From Candidatus Moraniibacteriota bacterium (GTDB lineage: Bacteria > Patescibacteriota > Minisyncoccia > Moranbacterales > GWC2-37-73), in assembly GCA_036845785.1 (NCBI GenBank), contig DAIUDF010000001.1, positions 33,221-97,220 on the forward strand: a stretch of DNA of 64,000 nt, in the 5' to 3' direction. Made by a program: the position numbers and the translations under genes. Below the pieces are notes generated by a model, which had not been told where the DNA came from, did not search any database, and worked only from the letters and a program-made list of their open reading frames with translations. Shown here piece by piece: positions 1 through 9,709 of this stretch. The first letter of the stretch is position 1, and the number at the start of each line of letters is the position of its first letter.

Positions 1-255
1 TCCATGATCCAAATGGATGCCAATGGGAATTTCCGGCGCATAAAACTCAGCGCAATTTTTGACCAGATTGAAAATGGCACGGCCTCCGGCATATTCCATG
101 GTTTTTTCCGTAATCTGGACAATCACTGGACTCTGCATTTCCTTGGCGGCGTCAATAATGGCCCGCGTTGTTTCCAAATTAGTCGTATTGAAAGCGCCAA
201 CGGCATAGCCTTCTTCTTGCGCTTTTTTCAAAATGTCGATAACGGGAGTAATCAT
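1..255 (-). CDS. fba: fructose-bisphosphate aldolase class II, N-terminal portion (gene continues beyond window start)
   Basis: Reverse complement of 1-255 translates to MITPVIDILKKAQEEGYAVGAFNTTNLETTRAIIDAAKEMQSPVIVQITEKTMEYAGG..., which is the characteristic class II FBP aldolase N-terminus. ATG is at the complement of 253-255. It is absent from the ORF track because it is truncated. Confidence 0.8.
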   Translation of the reverse strand, partial: MITPVIDILKKAQEEGYAVGAFNTTNLETTRAIIDAAKEMQSPVIVQITEKTMEYAGGRAIFNLVKNCAEFYAPEIPIGIHLDHG

Positions 256-319
256 AATATTTCACAAAATTACGCAGAAATTTACAGAACGACACAGAAA
301 ATTCCGTGTTTATTCTGTT

Positions 320-1099
320 TTATTCTGTTTTTTTCTGTTCATTAATTGTTTCTGCAATTTTCAAAAATTCAGATGGAACCAAACTTTCTCTTCCAACCAA
401 AACTCCGTCCATGCCTGGTTCCAAGCAAACCTGCTCTGCGGTTTTAGCTTTGACGCTGCCTCCGTATAAAATTTTTATCTTATTGGCAATTTCCGGACCG
501 TAAGCATGCGAAAGCAGTTTTTTGATCAATATTTTGGCTTCTAAAATTTCATTGCCAGTTGGAATTTCATCACTGCCAACAGCCCAGACCGGTTCATAAA
601 CAAGGACTATTGATTGTATTTTTGTCGAAGAAATTTCATCCAGTCCTTCAACCATTTGTTTCATAATCACATCCACAGTATTGCCAGACAATCTTTCTTC
701 TTTTGTTTCGCCGATGCAATAAACCGGCACCAATCCATTCTTGAGAGCTATTCTAATTTTCGCATTCGCAATTCTATTGTCTTCGGAAAAATATTTTTTA
801 CGCTCACTATGACCGATAATCACGTATTTGGCTCCGATGTTTTTTACCATCGCGGCGGAAATTTCACCGGTAAAAGATCCTCTTTCTTCCCAAAAAATAT
901 TTTGCGCTCCGACGGCTATTGCCTTTGATTTATTGTTTTTGACAAAGTTTTCAATGTGCACCGCCGGCGGGCATAAAACTATTTCTGTATCAGAAATATT
1001 TTTGTTTTTTAATTCTTTTTTGAAAGATTCAAGATACCGCTCACGTTCAGAAAGCGTCAAGAGATTCATTTTTAAATTGGCTATGATTAGTTTTTGCAT
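320..1099 (-). CDS. tpiA: triosephosphate isomerase
   Basis: The IIANLKMN, GAQN, IIGHSERK and CIGET motifs are present. The start is chosen at the internal MQKLIIANLKMN (cat at 1097-1099). The last codons are supplied by an intergenic repeat copy. Confidence 0.9.
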   Translation of the reverse strand: MQKLIIANLKMNLLTLSERERYLESFKKELKNKNISDTEIVLCPPAVHIENFVKNNKSKAIAVGAQNIFWEERGSFTGEISAAMVKNIGAKYVIIGHSERKKYFSEDNRIANAKIRIALKNGLVPVYCIGETKEERLSGNTVDVIMKQMVEGLDEISSTKIQSIVLVYEPVWAVGSDEIPTGNEILEAKILIKKLLSHAYGPEIANKIKILYGGSVKAKTAEQVCLEPGMDGVLVGRESLVPSEFLKIAETINEQKKTE

Positions 1100-1242
1100 A
1101 TTTATAATTTTATTTTTCCCAGCTAATTTACTAATCATTTACTAATATACCAATATTAAACTGCGCTCGCATTCATATATTCGTACTAAATTTGTACATT
1201 AGTTGGGCTTTCAATTGACAATGAGTTATTCTAAATATTTAA

Positions 1243-1761
1243 TCAGAAATACAATGTTATCGCCACCACAATCGCCCCTGAAACCATCGTACCAAAAAGC
1301 ATGAGCGGCAAGGATTTTTTGAGCGGCACGCCGAAAACAAAAGCGGCTAAAGCTCCGGTCATCCCGCCCAAAAGCGGGATTGGCGTTGCAGCTAAAACAA
1401 AAATTGCCCAGGATCCGTATTTTTCCATTTTCTTGTCAGCTTTCTTGCGCGTATGTTCGAAAAGCCAGGCAAAGAATTTGCCGAAAAGCGGAATAATTTT
1501 TGAAAGGAATTTTGAAATTGGATCCAGCAGCAAAACGATCAGAACCATCACGAAATAAGTGCCGGCTACCGAATAGAACCAGGCGGCTGCCGGCGTCAGC
1601 CCATAAGCCTTGATTGCCAGAGGAATCGAAGCCCGCAGTTCCGTGACTGGGATGAAAGCAATCAAAAATGTCGCCAATTCCCTAGGAAAATCACTAAAAA
1701 AGTTAGCTATCATTTCGTTCATAATCATGCTAATTATCAAGATACAAGAAACAATAACCAA
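1243..1761 (-). CDS. small multidrug-export-like membrane protein (Sm_multidrug_ex/COG2426-like)
   Basis: Polytopic membrane protein with an ELRASIPLA motif typical of the PF06695 family. The start is ambiguous (M1, M11 or M13). Confidence 0.6.
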   Translation of the reverse strand: MVIVSCILIISMIMNEMIANFFSDFPRELATFLIAFIPVTELRASIPLAIKAYGLTPAAAWFYSVAGTYFVMVLIVLLLDPISKFLSKIIPLFGKFFAWLFEHTRKKADKKMEKYGSWAIFVLAATPIPLLGGMTGALAAFVFGVPLKKSLPLMLFGTMVSGAIVVAITLYF

Positions 1762-1836
1762 TTTTTAAATTCAAAACTTTTTGATTATTAATTATTCTAA
1801 TTTGTATTTTTTTGTATCTTGTTTCTTGATTATTGG

Positions 1837-2871
1837 TTATTCTTCTATTTGTTTTCTTAGGAATTCTGCGGCTGCTTCCGGTTGAACCATTGAAACTTCA
1901 ATTCCTGTGTCTAATTCAGCTCCCGCCCAAATTGTTGTGCGCGGCAAAATTTCAATATGCCAATGATAGTGCGGATAATCCTTCCCATCGCAAGGAGAAC
2001 TGTGGATATAAAAATTATACGGCGGATCATTAAGCGCTTTATAAATCGCATTCAAGCCCTTGCCAAAAACTTCAGCCAATTTTATTTTTTGTTCATTAGT
2101 AATTCTTTCAAAATAGGGGCTATGCTTCTTTGGCGCTACCCAGACTTCAAAGGCAGCTCTGGAGGCAAACGGACAGAAAGCAATAAATTCATCATTCTCA
2201 AAAACCACCCTCTTCTTTTCTTGAAGTTCATGTTCAATCATCACGCAAAACGCGCAGTGTCTGTGACTTTTGTGATATTTTTCAGTTCCATCAAGTTCCA
2301 GCTGCACATAAGGAGAAACGACAGGAATTGCAATGAGTTGTGAATGCGGGTGCGCAATGGAAGCTCCGCATTCTTTTCCGTGATTATGAAAAACCGTAAT
2401 ATATTTCACGCCCCTTTTTTTCATGAGATCAAGATACCGATCCTGAAAGGCATCGAAAACTTCCGCGATTTCCATTGTTTCCATAACTGCCAACTGGCGA
2501 TAATGATCGCGCGTGACAATAAGCTCATGATATCCCAAGCCCGGCATAGCAAAATAGGGTCCTTCCGACAATTTTTTTCCTGATCCATTTTGCGAATAAG
2601 CGGGATATTTGTTGGGAAAAACCCTAAGGGTCCATTCACCGTCAGCTCTATGATAAATCAAAACATCTTTTTCTTGCCCGGAAGCCACAGGATCTTCGAA
2701 AAGACAGCCTTCTATTCCCTTATCATCCGGGGCACGCTGAAAATCAGCAAAAGCATCTGGACGCTTGGCACGACCGGTTGCAATCACAACCCAGTCTCCG
2801 GAGATTAGATCTTGCCTAAGTTCCGAAGCTGGAATACTTTTTTCTTCTTTTTTATTTTTATTTTCTTCCAC
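1837..2871 (-). CDS. galT: galactose-1-phosphate uridylyltransferase-like HIT-family nucleotidyltransferase
   Basis: Two HIT-like halves with HPHSQ and HYHWHIEILPR motifs, CxxC/H zinc-site residues, and RADGEW/FPNKYPA motifs. Confidence 0.75.
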   Translation of the reverse strand: MEENKNKKEEKSIPASELRQDLISGDWVVIATGRAKRPDAFADFQRAPDDKGIEGCLFEDPVASGQEKDVLIYHRADGEWTLRVFPNKYPAYSQNGSGKKLSEGPYFAMPGLGYHELIVTRDHYRQLAVMETMEIAEVFDAFQDRYLDLMKKRGVKYITVFHNHGKECGASIAHPHSQLIAIPVVSPYVQLELDGTEKYHKSHRHCAFCVMIEHELQEKKRVVFENDEFIAFCPFASRAAFEVWVAPKKHSPYFERITNEQKIKLAEVFGKGLNAIYKALNDPPYNFYIHSSPCDGKDYPHYHWHIEILPRTTIWAGAELDTGIEVSMVQPEAAAEFLRKQIEE

Positions 2872-2904
2872 TTCTTTTTTATTCGTTGATTCGAATCTTT
2901 TTAT

Positions 2905-3663
2905 TTATTTTTTAAATTCTTTTATTTTATATTGTCCGGTCATTAGACGCCATTTGGTTTTGAACAGATCAATCAAGACTTGAATGAATCCATTTGGTCC
3001 AGTCAGGCTGACGGTTGATCCTTCCTCATTCATCCAGCGCACCGGCATTTGTTTGACTTTAAAACCAAGCTTGTGAGCCAGAATAATAAGTTCAAAATCA
3101 AAACCGAAACGATCCACCACCATTCTCTTAGCAACTTCATGAGCAGCTTGACCAGTTAGCATCTTGAATCCGCATTGGGTGTCCGGATAGCTCCAAAGTC
3201 CTAAAACAATCCTGATCAGCCAGTTTCCTCCTTCGCCCATAACTTCACGATATTTAGGCTGGTGGATTTGAATGAAAGATCCTTCAATTTTTCGGGAGCC
3301 CACAATCACTTCATTGCCTTTTTCCAATTCCGGCAAAAATTTTTCCACATGAGTGATGGAAGTCGAACCGTCGGCATCCAAGAAAACCACATATTTTCCT
3401 TTGGATTCCAAAAGTCCCTGTCTCACCACATAGCCTTTGCCATGATTTTCCTTGTTGTTAATAACACGCAAATTATCAATTTGGGTTCCATAATTCTGAG
3501 CCACTTCGGCAGTATTGTCAGGAGATCCGTCAACTACCACGATTATCTCATGAGTATAATTTTTGTCTGATAAAAACCTGGAGATTTCCAAAAGATTTTG
3601 TCCAATGCGTTCCCCTTCTTTATATGCGGGAATAACAATTGAGAGATAAGGCTGATTTTCCAT
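2905..3663 (-). CDS. GT2 family glycosyltransferase (dolichyl-phosphate sugar transferase-like)
   Basis: LSIVIPAYKE...VVDGSPDNT...FLDADG shows the GT-A DXD signature. Confidence 0.8.
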   Translation of the reverse strand: MENQPYLSIVIPAYKEGERIGQNLLEISRFLSDKNYTHEIIVVVDGSPDNTAEVAQNYGTQIDNLRVINNKENHGKGYVVRQGLLESKGKYVVFLDADGSTSITHVEKFLPELEKGNEVIVGSRKIEGSFIQIHQPKYREVMGEGGNWLIRIVLGLWSYPDTQCGFKMLTGQAAHEVAKRMVVDRFGFDFELIILAHKLGFKVKQMPVRWMNEEGSTVSLTGPNGFIQVLIDLFKTKWRLMTGQYKIKEFKK

Positions 3664-3808
3664 TTTTTTTATTATTATTGATTAATTTTTTACTTAAACT
3701 GCCCACTATTAGGCTAACTATATTATAGCACAAAGACGCGACAAATGGCTAGAGACTGCAAAAAAGCTTATTTATTATTTTTTCTAATGAAGCTAAATAA
3801 GCTAAAAT

Positions 3809-4243
3809 TTATAAGCTGTTTTTGTCCAGCCATGATTGCAAGATAATTCTGGCCGCTTCCTGATCATCTTTAGCTGCAATATTCTTTTGCCCGGATTGTT
3901 TAAGATTTTCCGTTGCCATTTTAGTGGTAAACATTTCTTCCTGAAAGAAAGGAATCAACCCGGTTTCTTTTTTGACCCTTTCTGCAAATTCCATTTTCTC
4001 CTCCGCACTTTGTTGGTCTTTTTCGTGTCGGGTTATGCCGATAACTATGGCTTTTATATTTTCATTTTCAACGATTTCCTTGAGTTTTTGCAAAAAATTT
4101 TTGTCATTTTTGAGTGTACTAAAAGCAAAGGCCATCCGCGTTTCATTGTCGGCAATGGCCAGCCCGATTTTGGCTTTGCCAAAATCTAGGCCTAAATAGT
4201 GGCTTATTTCAGCTTCATTTCGGCTGGGTATTGACTTTTTCAT
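3809..4243 (-). CDS. ruvX: YqgF/RuvX Holliday-junction resolvase-like pre-16S rRNA nuclease
   Basis: YLGLDFGKAKIGLAIAD motif, about 140 aa, RNase H-like fold signature. Confidence 0.8.
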   Translation of the reverse strand: MKKSIPSRNEAEISHYLGLDFGKAKIGLAIADNETRMAFAFSTLKNDKNFLQKLKEIVENENIKAIVIGITRHEKDQQSAEEKMEFAERVKKETGLIPFFQEEMFTTKMATENLKQSGQKNIAAKDDQEAARIILQSWLDKNSL

Positions 4244-4308
4244 GAATTTGATATATAATTACAAGTTAGTGTTAAAAATAAAAAACTGTTCAAAAAAGGA
4301 GATATGTA

Positions 4309-4647
4309 ATGAAAAATTTTCTTAAAGCTTCAGCGACTATTATTATGTTAGTATTGGTAATTGTCGGAGCGGGCTATACTTTATTTTATGATTCAACTGA
4401 TATATTCTATCACAAAGTTGAATCTAATAAAGAGAAGCTGACGGTAGGAGAATATCTTGAGAAAGACAATCTTCTCTCATCAGTAAAAATTACTCCCGAG
4501 TTGAGGCAAAAATTGGGAGAGGTAAGAATGTTCGTCGAAAAATCGGAGAAAGAACCTCCTTGTGAAAAAGGAGATGTAATGATTTCAATTGGAGGATCCA
4601 AAATTGAAAATATTCTTTTTATAAGGTTTACCAACAGTAAACCTTGA
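4309..4647 (+). CDS. hypothetical N-terminally membrane-anchored protein
   Basis: Strong SD (aaaggagatatgtaATG), a single N-terminal TM helix, and an intrinsic terminator immediately downstream. Confidence 0.6.
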   Translation: MKNFLKASATIIMLVLVIVGAGYTLFYDSTDIFYHKVESNKEKLTVGEYLEKDNLLSSVKITPELRQKLGEVRMFVEKSEKEPPCEKGDVMISIGGSKIENILFIRFTNSKP

Positions 4648-4666
4648 TCCCCCCGTTTTACCCCCC

Positions 4667-4710
4667 CCCCCGGCTAGCGTAATGCTACGTCCGGGGATTT
4701 TTTTATTTCA
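4667..4710 (+). terminator. intrinsic terminator after 4309..4647, preceded by a C10 homopolymer
   Basis: ccccggctagcgtaatgctacgtccgggg hairpin followed by a T8 run. The C10 tract is at 4661-4670. Confidence 0.6.
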
Positions 4711-5200
4711 AAAAACAATTTTGTATTTATAACACAACATTCGCCCGCTTTTCTTTCAAAAGAAAAGCGGACAGAAAAGAAACTTGCACCCCGATGAATT
4801 TCTGGGGCAAATTCTAAGCTCATTCGCTAAAAAATCTAACTCGCTTCACTCAGACAGAGATTTTTCTTAACGCTCACTCGCTTGAATTTGCTGACGAAAT
4901 TCATAGGGTGCGGAAAATGCAAAAATACAGAATTTAAAAATGCATTTTGTATTTCAATTCCGCCCGATGGAAGACGCCGCTACAAATTCTGATTTGCGAG
5001 CGTCTAAAAAATTTCTGTTTGAGTCACGCCTTGGCGGGACGAGTTATATTTTTTAGTGAGCAAATCTTGAATTTGTCGGTGGCTGCAACTGGGCGGAGAG
5101 TTTTCTTTCTCCACTTTCTTTTGCGGAAAAAGAAAGTGGAAATAATAATTTCAAAAAACTTTCCTGGATTCCCGCTTCCGCGGGAATGACAAATAAAAAG

Positions 5201-5965
5201 TTACACCGTTAGAACCTCCACTCCCTTTTTCGTAACCACAATCGTATTTTCATAATGCGCTGAGAGAGAACCATCGGTAGTTTTGAAAACCCAACCGTCT
5301 TTGCCGATAAAAGTTCTGAAATCTCCCTGATTTATCATCGGCTCAAGCGCCAGCGTCATGCCTGCTTGCAGTCTCAAATCCGGAAAGCTTCTATCATAAT
5401 AATTCAAGATTTGCGGATCTTCGTGAAGTTTTTTTCCAATTCCATGCCCGACTAAATTTTTGACTACTGAAAATCCGGCGTCCTCGGCAGTTTTTTGCAC
5501 CACTTTTGAATATTCACTGAGCATTGCCCCTTCTTTCATTTTTTTAATTCCATTCCAAAAACTTTTTTCTGTCACTTCCATAAGCTTTTTGGCTTCATCG
5601 GAAATTTTCCCGACCGGAAAAGTCCGCGCCATGTCGGAACAATAGCTGTCAATTTCCACGCCAATGTCAATTTTCAAAATATCGCCTTCGTTTAAAATTC
5701 TATTGGAATCGGGAATACCATGCACCACTTCATCATTAATGGAAGCGCAAATCGTGGCCGGAAAAGGATTCTTGCCACCGCCATATCCCTTGAACAAAGG
5801 TTTGCCGCCACGGGCAAAAACAAGCTCCTGAGCGAGCTTGTCGAGTTGCAAAGTGTCGATTCCGGGCCGCACTTCTTTTCCGATTTCATTCATAATCTCA
5901 ACCAAAATCTTGCCAGCCCGGCGCATCTTTTCTATTTCTTTTTCAGTTTTAATGGAAACAAACAT
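5201..5965 (-). CDS. map: methionine aminopeptidase type I
   Basis: Pita-bread fold motifs (DIGVEIDSYCSDMARTF, HGIGKKLHE, TLALEPMIN). True start is at MFVSIKTEKEIEKMR (cat at 5963-5965). The ORF-track N-extension is hydrophobic junk. Confidence 0.9.
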   Translation of the reverse strand: MFVSIKTEKEIEKMRRAGKILVEIMNEIGKEVRPGIDTLQLDKLAQELVFARGGKPLFKGYGGGKNPFPATICASINDEVVHGIPDSNRILNEGDILKIDIGVEIDSYCSDMARTFPVGKISDEAKKLMEVTEKSFWNGIKKMKEGAMLSEYSKVVQKTAEDAGFSVVKNLVGHGIGKKLHEDPQILNYYDRSFPDLRLQAGMTLALEPMINQGDFRTFIGKDGWVFKTTDGSLSAHYENTIVVTKKGVEVLTV

Positions 5966-6214
5966 AATTTTTACAATAACTACTACATAAAAAATTATAA
6001 TAAACAAAATACAAAATGTTGAAGATACAATAACCAAGATAAAGTCTAAAGACACAAGATACAAGATACAAATCCCAAACAAACTTCAAATAACAAGTTA
6101 TTAATAACCAAAATTTGTAATTTTTGAATTTGATTATTGAATATTGTTTGTTTCTTGTTTCTTGGGACTTGTTTCTTGGCCGTGTTTCTTGGTTATTTAA
6201 AGTTGCTTTTTTGG

Positions 6215-6856
6215 TTATTCCAATTTGTTGGTTATATCTGCAAAAACCTCTTCTACTCCCTTTCTGCCATCAACTTCGACAAGCATTCCTTTTTGGCGGT
6301 AATATTCGATAACCGGAACGGTGACTGCCTGAAAGGTGTTGAGCCTTTTTATGACTCCTTCGGGGGTATCATCAACACGCTGGCTTACTTTTGTTCCGCA
6401 TTGCGGACACAAATCATTTTCATCTTTAATATCCTCTCCTAATATGAATTGCTTGCCGCATGAGGAACAAACATAGCGCTTGCTGATGCGGGCAATGGAT
6501 TCTTCCCGCGGCAGAGTTATGGATATTGCCTTGTCTATCGATCTCTTGAATTTTTCAAATATTTTTTCAATCAGTGCGATCTGGCTTACAAGCCTCGGTG
6601 CGCTGTCGATTATCAAGCCTTTTTCAATCGGAATTTTTTTCAGTTTTTTTTCTAGGACTTCGGCCATAACATCATCAGGAATCATTTCCTTTTTTTCATT
6701 TAACTCGCTGATTTTCCTGCCTAGTGGAGTTTCCTCTTTAGCCATTTCCCGAAAAATCTGTCCGGTTTCAATGTGTTCGAGACCGTGTTTTTCAGCCAGT
6801 TTCTTGGCCTGAGTTCCCTTGCCACAGCCTTGCGGACCAAAAATAATTAGGTTCAT
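6215..6856 (-). CDS. adk: adenylate kinase with zinc-binding lid
   Basis: GPQGCGKGTQ P-loop and a CSSCG...CPQCG lid. Confidence 0.95.
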   Translation of the reverse strand: MNLIIFGPQGCGKGTQAKKLAEKHGLEHIETGQIFREMAKEETPLGRKISELNEKKEMIPDDVMAEVLEKKLKKIPIEKGLIIDSAPRLVSQIALIEKIFEKFKRSIDKAISITLPREESIARISKRYVCSSCGKQFILGEDIKDENDLCPQCGTKVSQRVDDTPEGVIKRLNTFQAVTVPVIEYYRQKGMLVEVDGRKGVEEVFADITNKLE

Positions 6857-6989
6857 TTTTTATAGTTAAAAATGCAAATATCAAAATGAAAAATTAACGA
6901 GTCGCTTTGCGATAACTAATTTAAATAGCCGCGGCAAAGTCACTCTTTAATTCTGATTTTTGATTTTTGATTTTTAAATTTTAAATTTT

Positions 6990-8261
6990 TTAGAATCCTT
7001 CGTAATCCCTCATCACTAGCTGGCTTTCGATTTGCTTGATTGTTTCAATAACAACTGAAACAACGATCAAGATGCTGGTGCCTCCGATTGTCAGAGATTG
7101 GATATTGGTCAAACCCTGGACAATAAAAGGCAAAACGGCAATCACTCCAAGAAAAAGAGCTCCGGAAAGAGTAATGCGGTTCATTATTTTATAAAGAAAA
7201 TCTGCAGTGGTTTTGCCAGGACGGATTCCCGGAATATAACCGCCTTGTTTTTGTAAATTTTCCGCGATCTTGTTGGGATCAAAAACCACAGCGGTATAGA
7301 AATAGGTGAACAGAACAACTAAGATGAAATACAAACTGCCGTAGAACCATTGGTTCTGAAAAAGATTGTTAACTACTGTGGCCATATGGGCAACTGTTTG
7401 ATTGCTGACACCCATCAGAAAACTGGCAATCATTCCCGGAAAAAGCATGATGGACATGGCAAAGATAATCGGAATAACTCCAGCCTGGTTGACTTTGAGC
7501 GGCAAGATTGATTGCGCTCCGCCATAGGTCATGTTGCCGCGGATTTTCTTGGCATATGAAACGGCTATTTTTCTTTGTCCTTCGGAAACCAAAACCACGC
7601 CAGCTATTGTCACCAGTGCCAAAACAAGAAGCGAGATGTACGTAAAAATTTGAGCTGAATCAAAAGTAGCCATGAGTTGCGAAATGCCTGATGGAAGACC
7701 GCTGACAATACCCGCGAAGATAATGAGCGAAACTCCGTTGCCTATTCCTTTTTCGGTAATAAGTTCGCCCAGCCACATCAAGAAAATAGTGCCGGCTGTT
7801 GCAACTATGACAATAACTGATATGTCAAAAATTGAGGACGTTTGCAAAACATTTTGTGAGCGCAAAAGAGCAATCATGCTGAAAGTCTGAAGAGCAGCCA
7901 ATGGCACAGTCAGCCATCTGGTTATCATATTAAATTTCTGCCGTCCAGCTTCGCCTTCTTCCTTGTAGAGCTGCTCGACCCGCGGAATAATCATGGTCAT
8001 CAGCTGCATGATAATGGATGATGTGATGTATGGTCCGACTCCGAGCATCACGATTGAAATGTTGGAAAGTCCGCCGCCGGAAAAAACGTTGAGCATTCCC
8101 AGAAACTGATTGCCTTCAAAAAGCCTTTTAAGCTGTTCCACGTCCACTCCCGGAACCGGAACATTGGCAGCAATCCTAAAAACAACCAAGATTCCTAATA
8201 TGAAAAGAATCTTGTTGCGTAGTTCGCGTACTTTAAAGATTTGTGTGAGTTTTTCTAACAT
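6990..8261 (-). CDS. secY: preprotein translocase subunit SecY
   Basis: 10-TM SecY signature and its position after rplO. Confidence 0.95.
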   Translation of the reverse strand: MLEKLTQIFKVRELRNKILFILGILVVFRIAANVPVPGVDVEQLKRLFEGNQFLGMLNVFSGGGLSNISIVMLGVGPYITSSIIMQLMTMIIPRVEQLYKEEGEAGRQKFNMITRWLTVPLAALQTFSMIALLRSQNVLQTSSIFDISVIVIVATAGTIFLMWLGELITEKGIGNGVSLIIFAGIVSGLPSGISQLMATFDSAQIFTYISLLVLALVTIAGVVLVSEGQRKIAVSYAKKIRGNMTYGGAQSILPLKVNQAGVIPIIFAMSIMLFPGMIASFLMGVSNQTVAHMATVVNNLFQNQWFYGSLYFILVVLFTYFYTAVVFDPNKIAENLQKQGGYIPGIRPGKTTADFLYKIMNRITLSGALFLGVIAVLPFIVQGLTNIQSLTIGGTSILIVVSVVIETIKQIESQLVMRDYEGF

Positions 8262-8290
8262 ATAAAGCTAACAAAGCTGAAAACTATAAG

Positions 8291-8725
8291 CTAGTTTATG
8301 GTTCCGCCTGCCTTAATGATAGCATCTTTGGCTGATTTTGAAAGAAGAATTTTTTTGTCCACGTTGAATTTTTTGGATATTTTTCCGGTTGCCAAAATTT
8401 TCACGCCATTTTTGGCTTCGGTTTTTTTCATTAAATTGGCCTTGACCAAAGTTTCGATTGAAATAGTTTCACCGTCTTTGAATTTCTTTTCCAGCGTTTC
8501 CAATTTCACCACGTTCTTTTTGGCATTAACCGATTTGAAGCCACGTACTTTTTTAAGACGCATAATCAAAGAAGAACGGCCGCCTTCAAACAACGGATCG
8601 ATTTTAGCTCCCGATCTGGCTTTTTGGCCTTTGTTGCCTTTGCCGGAATATGTTCCGCGTTTGCCACCTCGGCCAATCGTCTTTCTTTTCTCACGTTTTT
8701 TAGTTTTAAGTTCGTGTATTTGCAT
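8291..8725 (-). CDS. rplO: 50S ribosomal protein L15
   Basis: GRGGKRGTYSGKGNKGQKARSG signature. Confidence 0.95.
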   Translation of the reverse strand: MQIHELKTKKREKRKTIGRGGKRGTYSGKGNKGQKARSGAKIDPLFEGGRSSLIMRLKKVRGFKSVNAKKNVVKLETLEKKFKDGETISIETLVKANLMKKTEAKNGVKILATGKISKKFNVDKKILLSKSAKDAIIKAGGTIN

Positions 8726-8731
8726 ATAATT

Positions 8732-9199
8732 TTATTCTTCTTTAGCTTTCTTTACTCTTGGGGCTTTCAAGCTCTTTAAAGCGGCTACTGTTGCTCTGGC
8801 CACATTCAGTTTATTTGAAGTTCCCAAAGATTTTGAAACAATATCTTTAATCCCAGCCAAATCAACCACGGCCCGCACGGCTCCGCCGGCAATCACTCCG
8901 CGTCCTTCCTGCGCCGGCTTAAGAATAACTTTGGCGCTGCCTAACTTCATTTGAACATCATGAGAGATAGTGTTATCAGAAAGCTTTACTGTAATCATTG
9001 ATTTCTTGGCATCATTGAAGGCTTTTTGGATTGCATCGGAAACATCTGATCCTTTAGCTACGCCAACTCCGACTCTGCCTTTGCGGTCGCCGATTACCAA
9101 AGTGGCACGAAAACGAAAACGTCTTCCGCCTTTGACCACGCGGGTAACGCGAGCCAAATCCAAAAGTTTTTGGTCAAACTCCGGTTTCTCGCGATGCAT
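8732..9199 (-). CDS. rpsE: 30S ribosomal protein S5
   Basis: VTRVVKGGRRFRFRATLVIGD motif. Start set at MHREKPEF (cat at 9197-9199) so that it does not overlap the upstream repeat. Only 6 bp separate it from rplO, so rpmD (L30) is absent. Confidence 0.9.
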   Translation of the reverse strand: MHREKPEFDQKLLDLARVTRVVKGGRRFRFRATLVIGDRKGRVGVGVAKGSDVSDAIQKAFNDAKKSMITVKLSDNTISHDVQMKLGSAKVILKPAQEGRGVIAGGAVRAVVDLAGIKDIVSKSLGTSNKLNVARATVAALKSLKAPRVKKAKEE

Positions 9200-9230
9200 A
9201 TTTTTTCTGTTTGGTCGTTTATTCATATTG

Positions 9231-9322
9231 CTATCACAGAATGACACAGAAATCTACGGAATGACACAGAAAAATTCTGTGTATCTGTGTTTATTCTGTT
9301 TTCTTCCGTGTTTTATCTGTTT
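9231..9322. repeat. 92-bp intergenic repeat family R1 (CACAGAA element), 5 copies: 262-345, 9231-9322, 11041-11135, 12111-12205, 12571-12665
   Basis: Near-identical CACAGAATGACACAGAAAnTTACGGAATGACACAGAAAAATTCTGTGTATCTGTGTTTATTCTGTTTTCTTCTGTGTTAAATCTGTTT, containing the palindrome cacagaaaaattctgtg. Confidence 0.85.
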
Positions 9323-9671
9323 AAAATTTTAATCCGCCTTCTCTGGCGCCTTCAGCCAAAGCTTTTACTTTTCCGTGATATTTATAACCCGATCGATCAA
9401 ATTTCACAGTCTTGATTTTGGCTTCCAGACATTTTTTGGCCAGCAATTTTCCCATATCTTTAGCGCCTTCTACGGTATTTTTAGCTTTCTTTATTTCAGA
9501 AAGTTTAACTGAAGCCAAAGTTTCACCTTTCACGTCATCAATAATTTGCGCATAAATTCCACGCAAACTTTTGTGCACAGCCAAGCGCGGACAATTTGCA
9601 TCACCCGAAACTTTAGCGCGGATTCTTTTCTTGCGTCGTAATCTTGTTTTATTGTTATTTACTTTTGACAT
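9321..9671 (-). CDS. rplR: 50S ribosomal protein L18
   Basis: RLRRKKRIRAKVSG...PRLAVHKSLRGIYAQIIDD. Start at MSKVNN (cat at 9669-9671), with an alternative start at 9707. Confidence 0.9.
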   Translation of the reverse strand: MSKVNNNKTRLRRKKRIRAKVSGDANCPRLAVHKSLRGIYAQIIDDVKGETLASVKLSEIKKAKNTVEGAKDMGKLLAKKCLEAKIKTVKFDRSGYKYHGKVKALAEGAREGGLKF

Positions 9672-9709
9672 AATAGTTTCTAATAAAATTACTCTTTGAT
9701 TCGCCAAGG

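Noticed and set aside
4-345. Plus-strand ORF of 113 aa at the window start.
   Set aside because: It is antisense to the clearly recognisable fba N-terminus and the tpiA 3' end. It has no SD and a composition typical of reverse-strand shadow ORFs.
4661-4670. C10 homopolymer as a phase-variation switch.
   Set aside because: It lies downstream of the stop codon inside a terminator region, not in a CDS or promoter. It is more likely a sequencing-prone tract.
4720-5200. tmRNA, RNase P RNA or SRP RNA in the large non-coding gap.
   Set aside because: No tRNA-like 3' domain, no GGAAAGUCCGG-type RNase P core and no SRP domain IV motif were recognisable. It is left as an unknown structured region.
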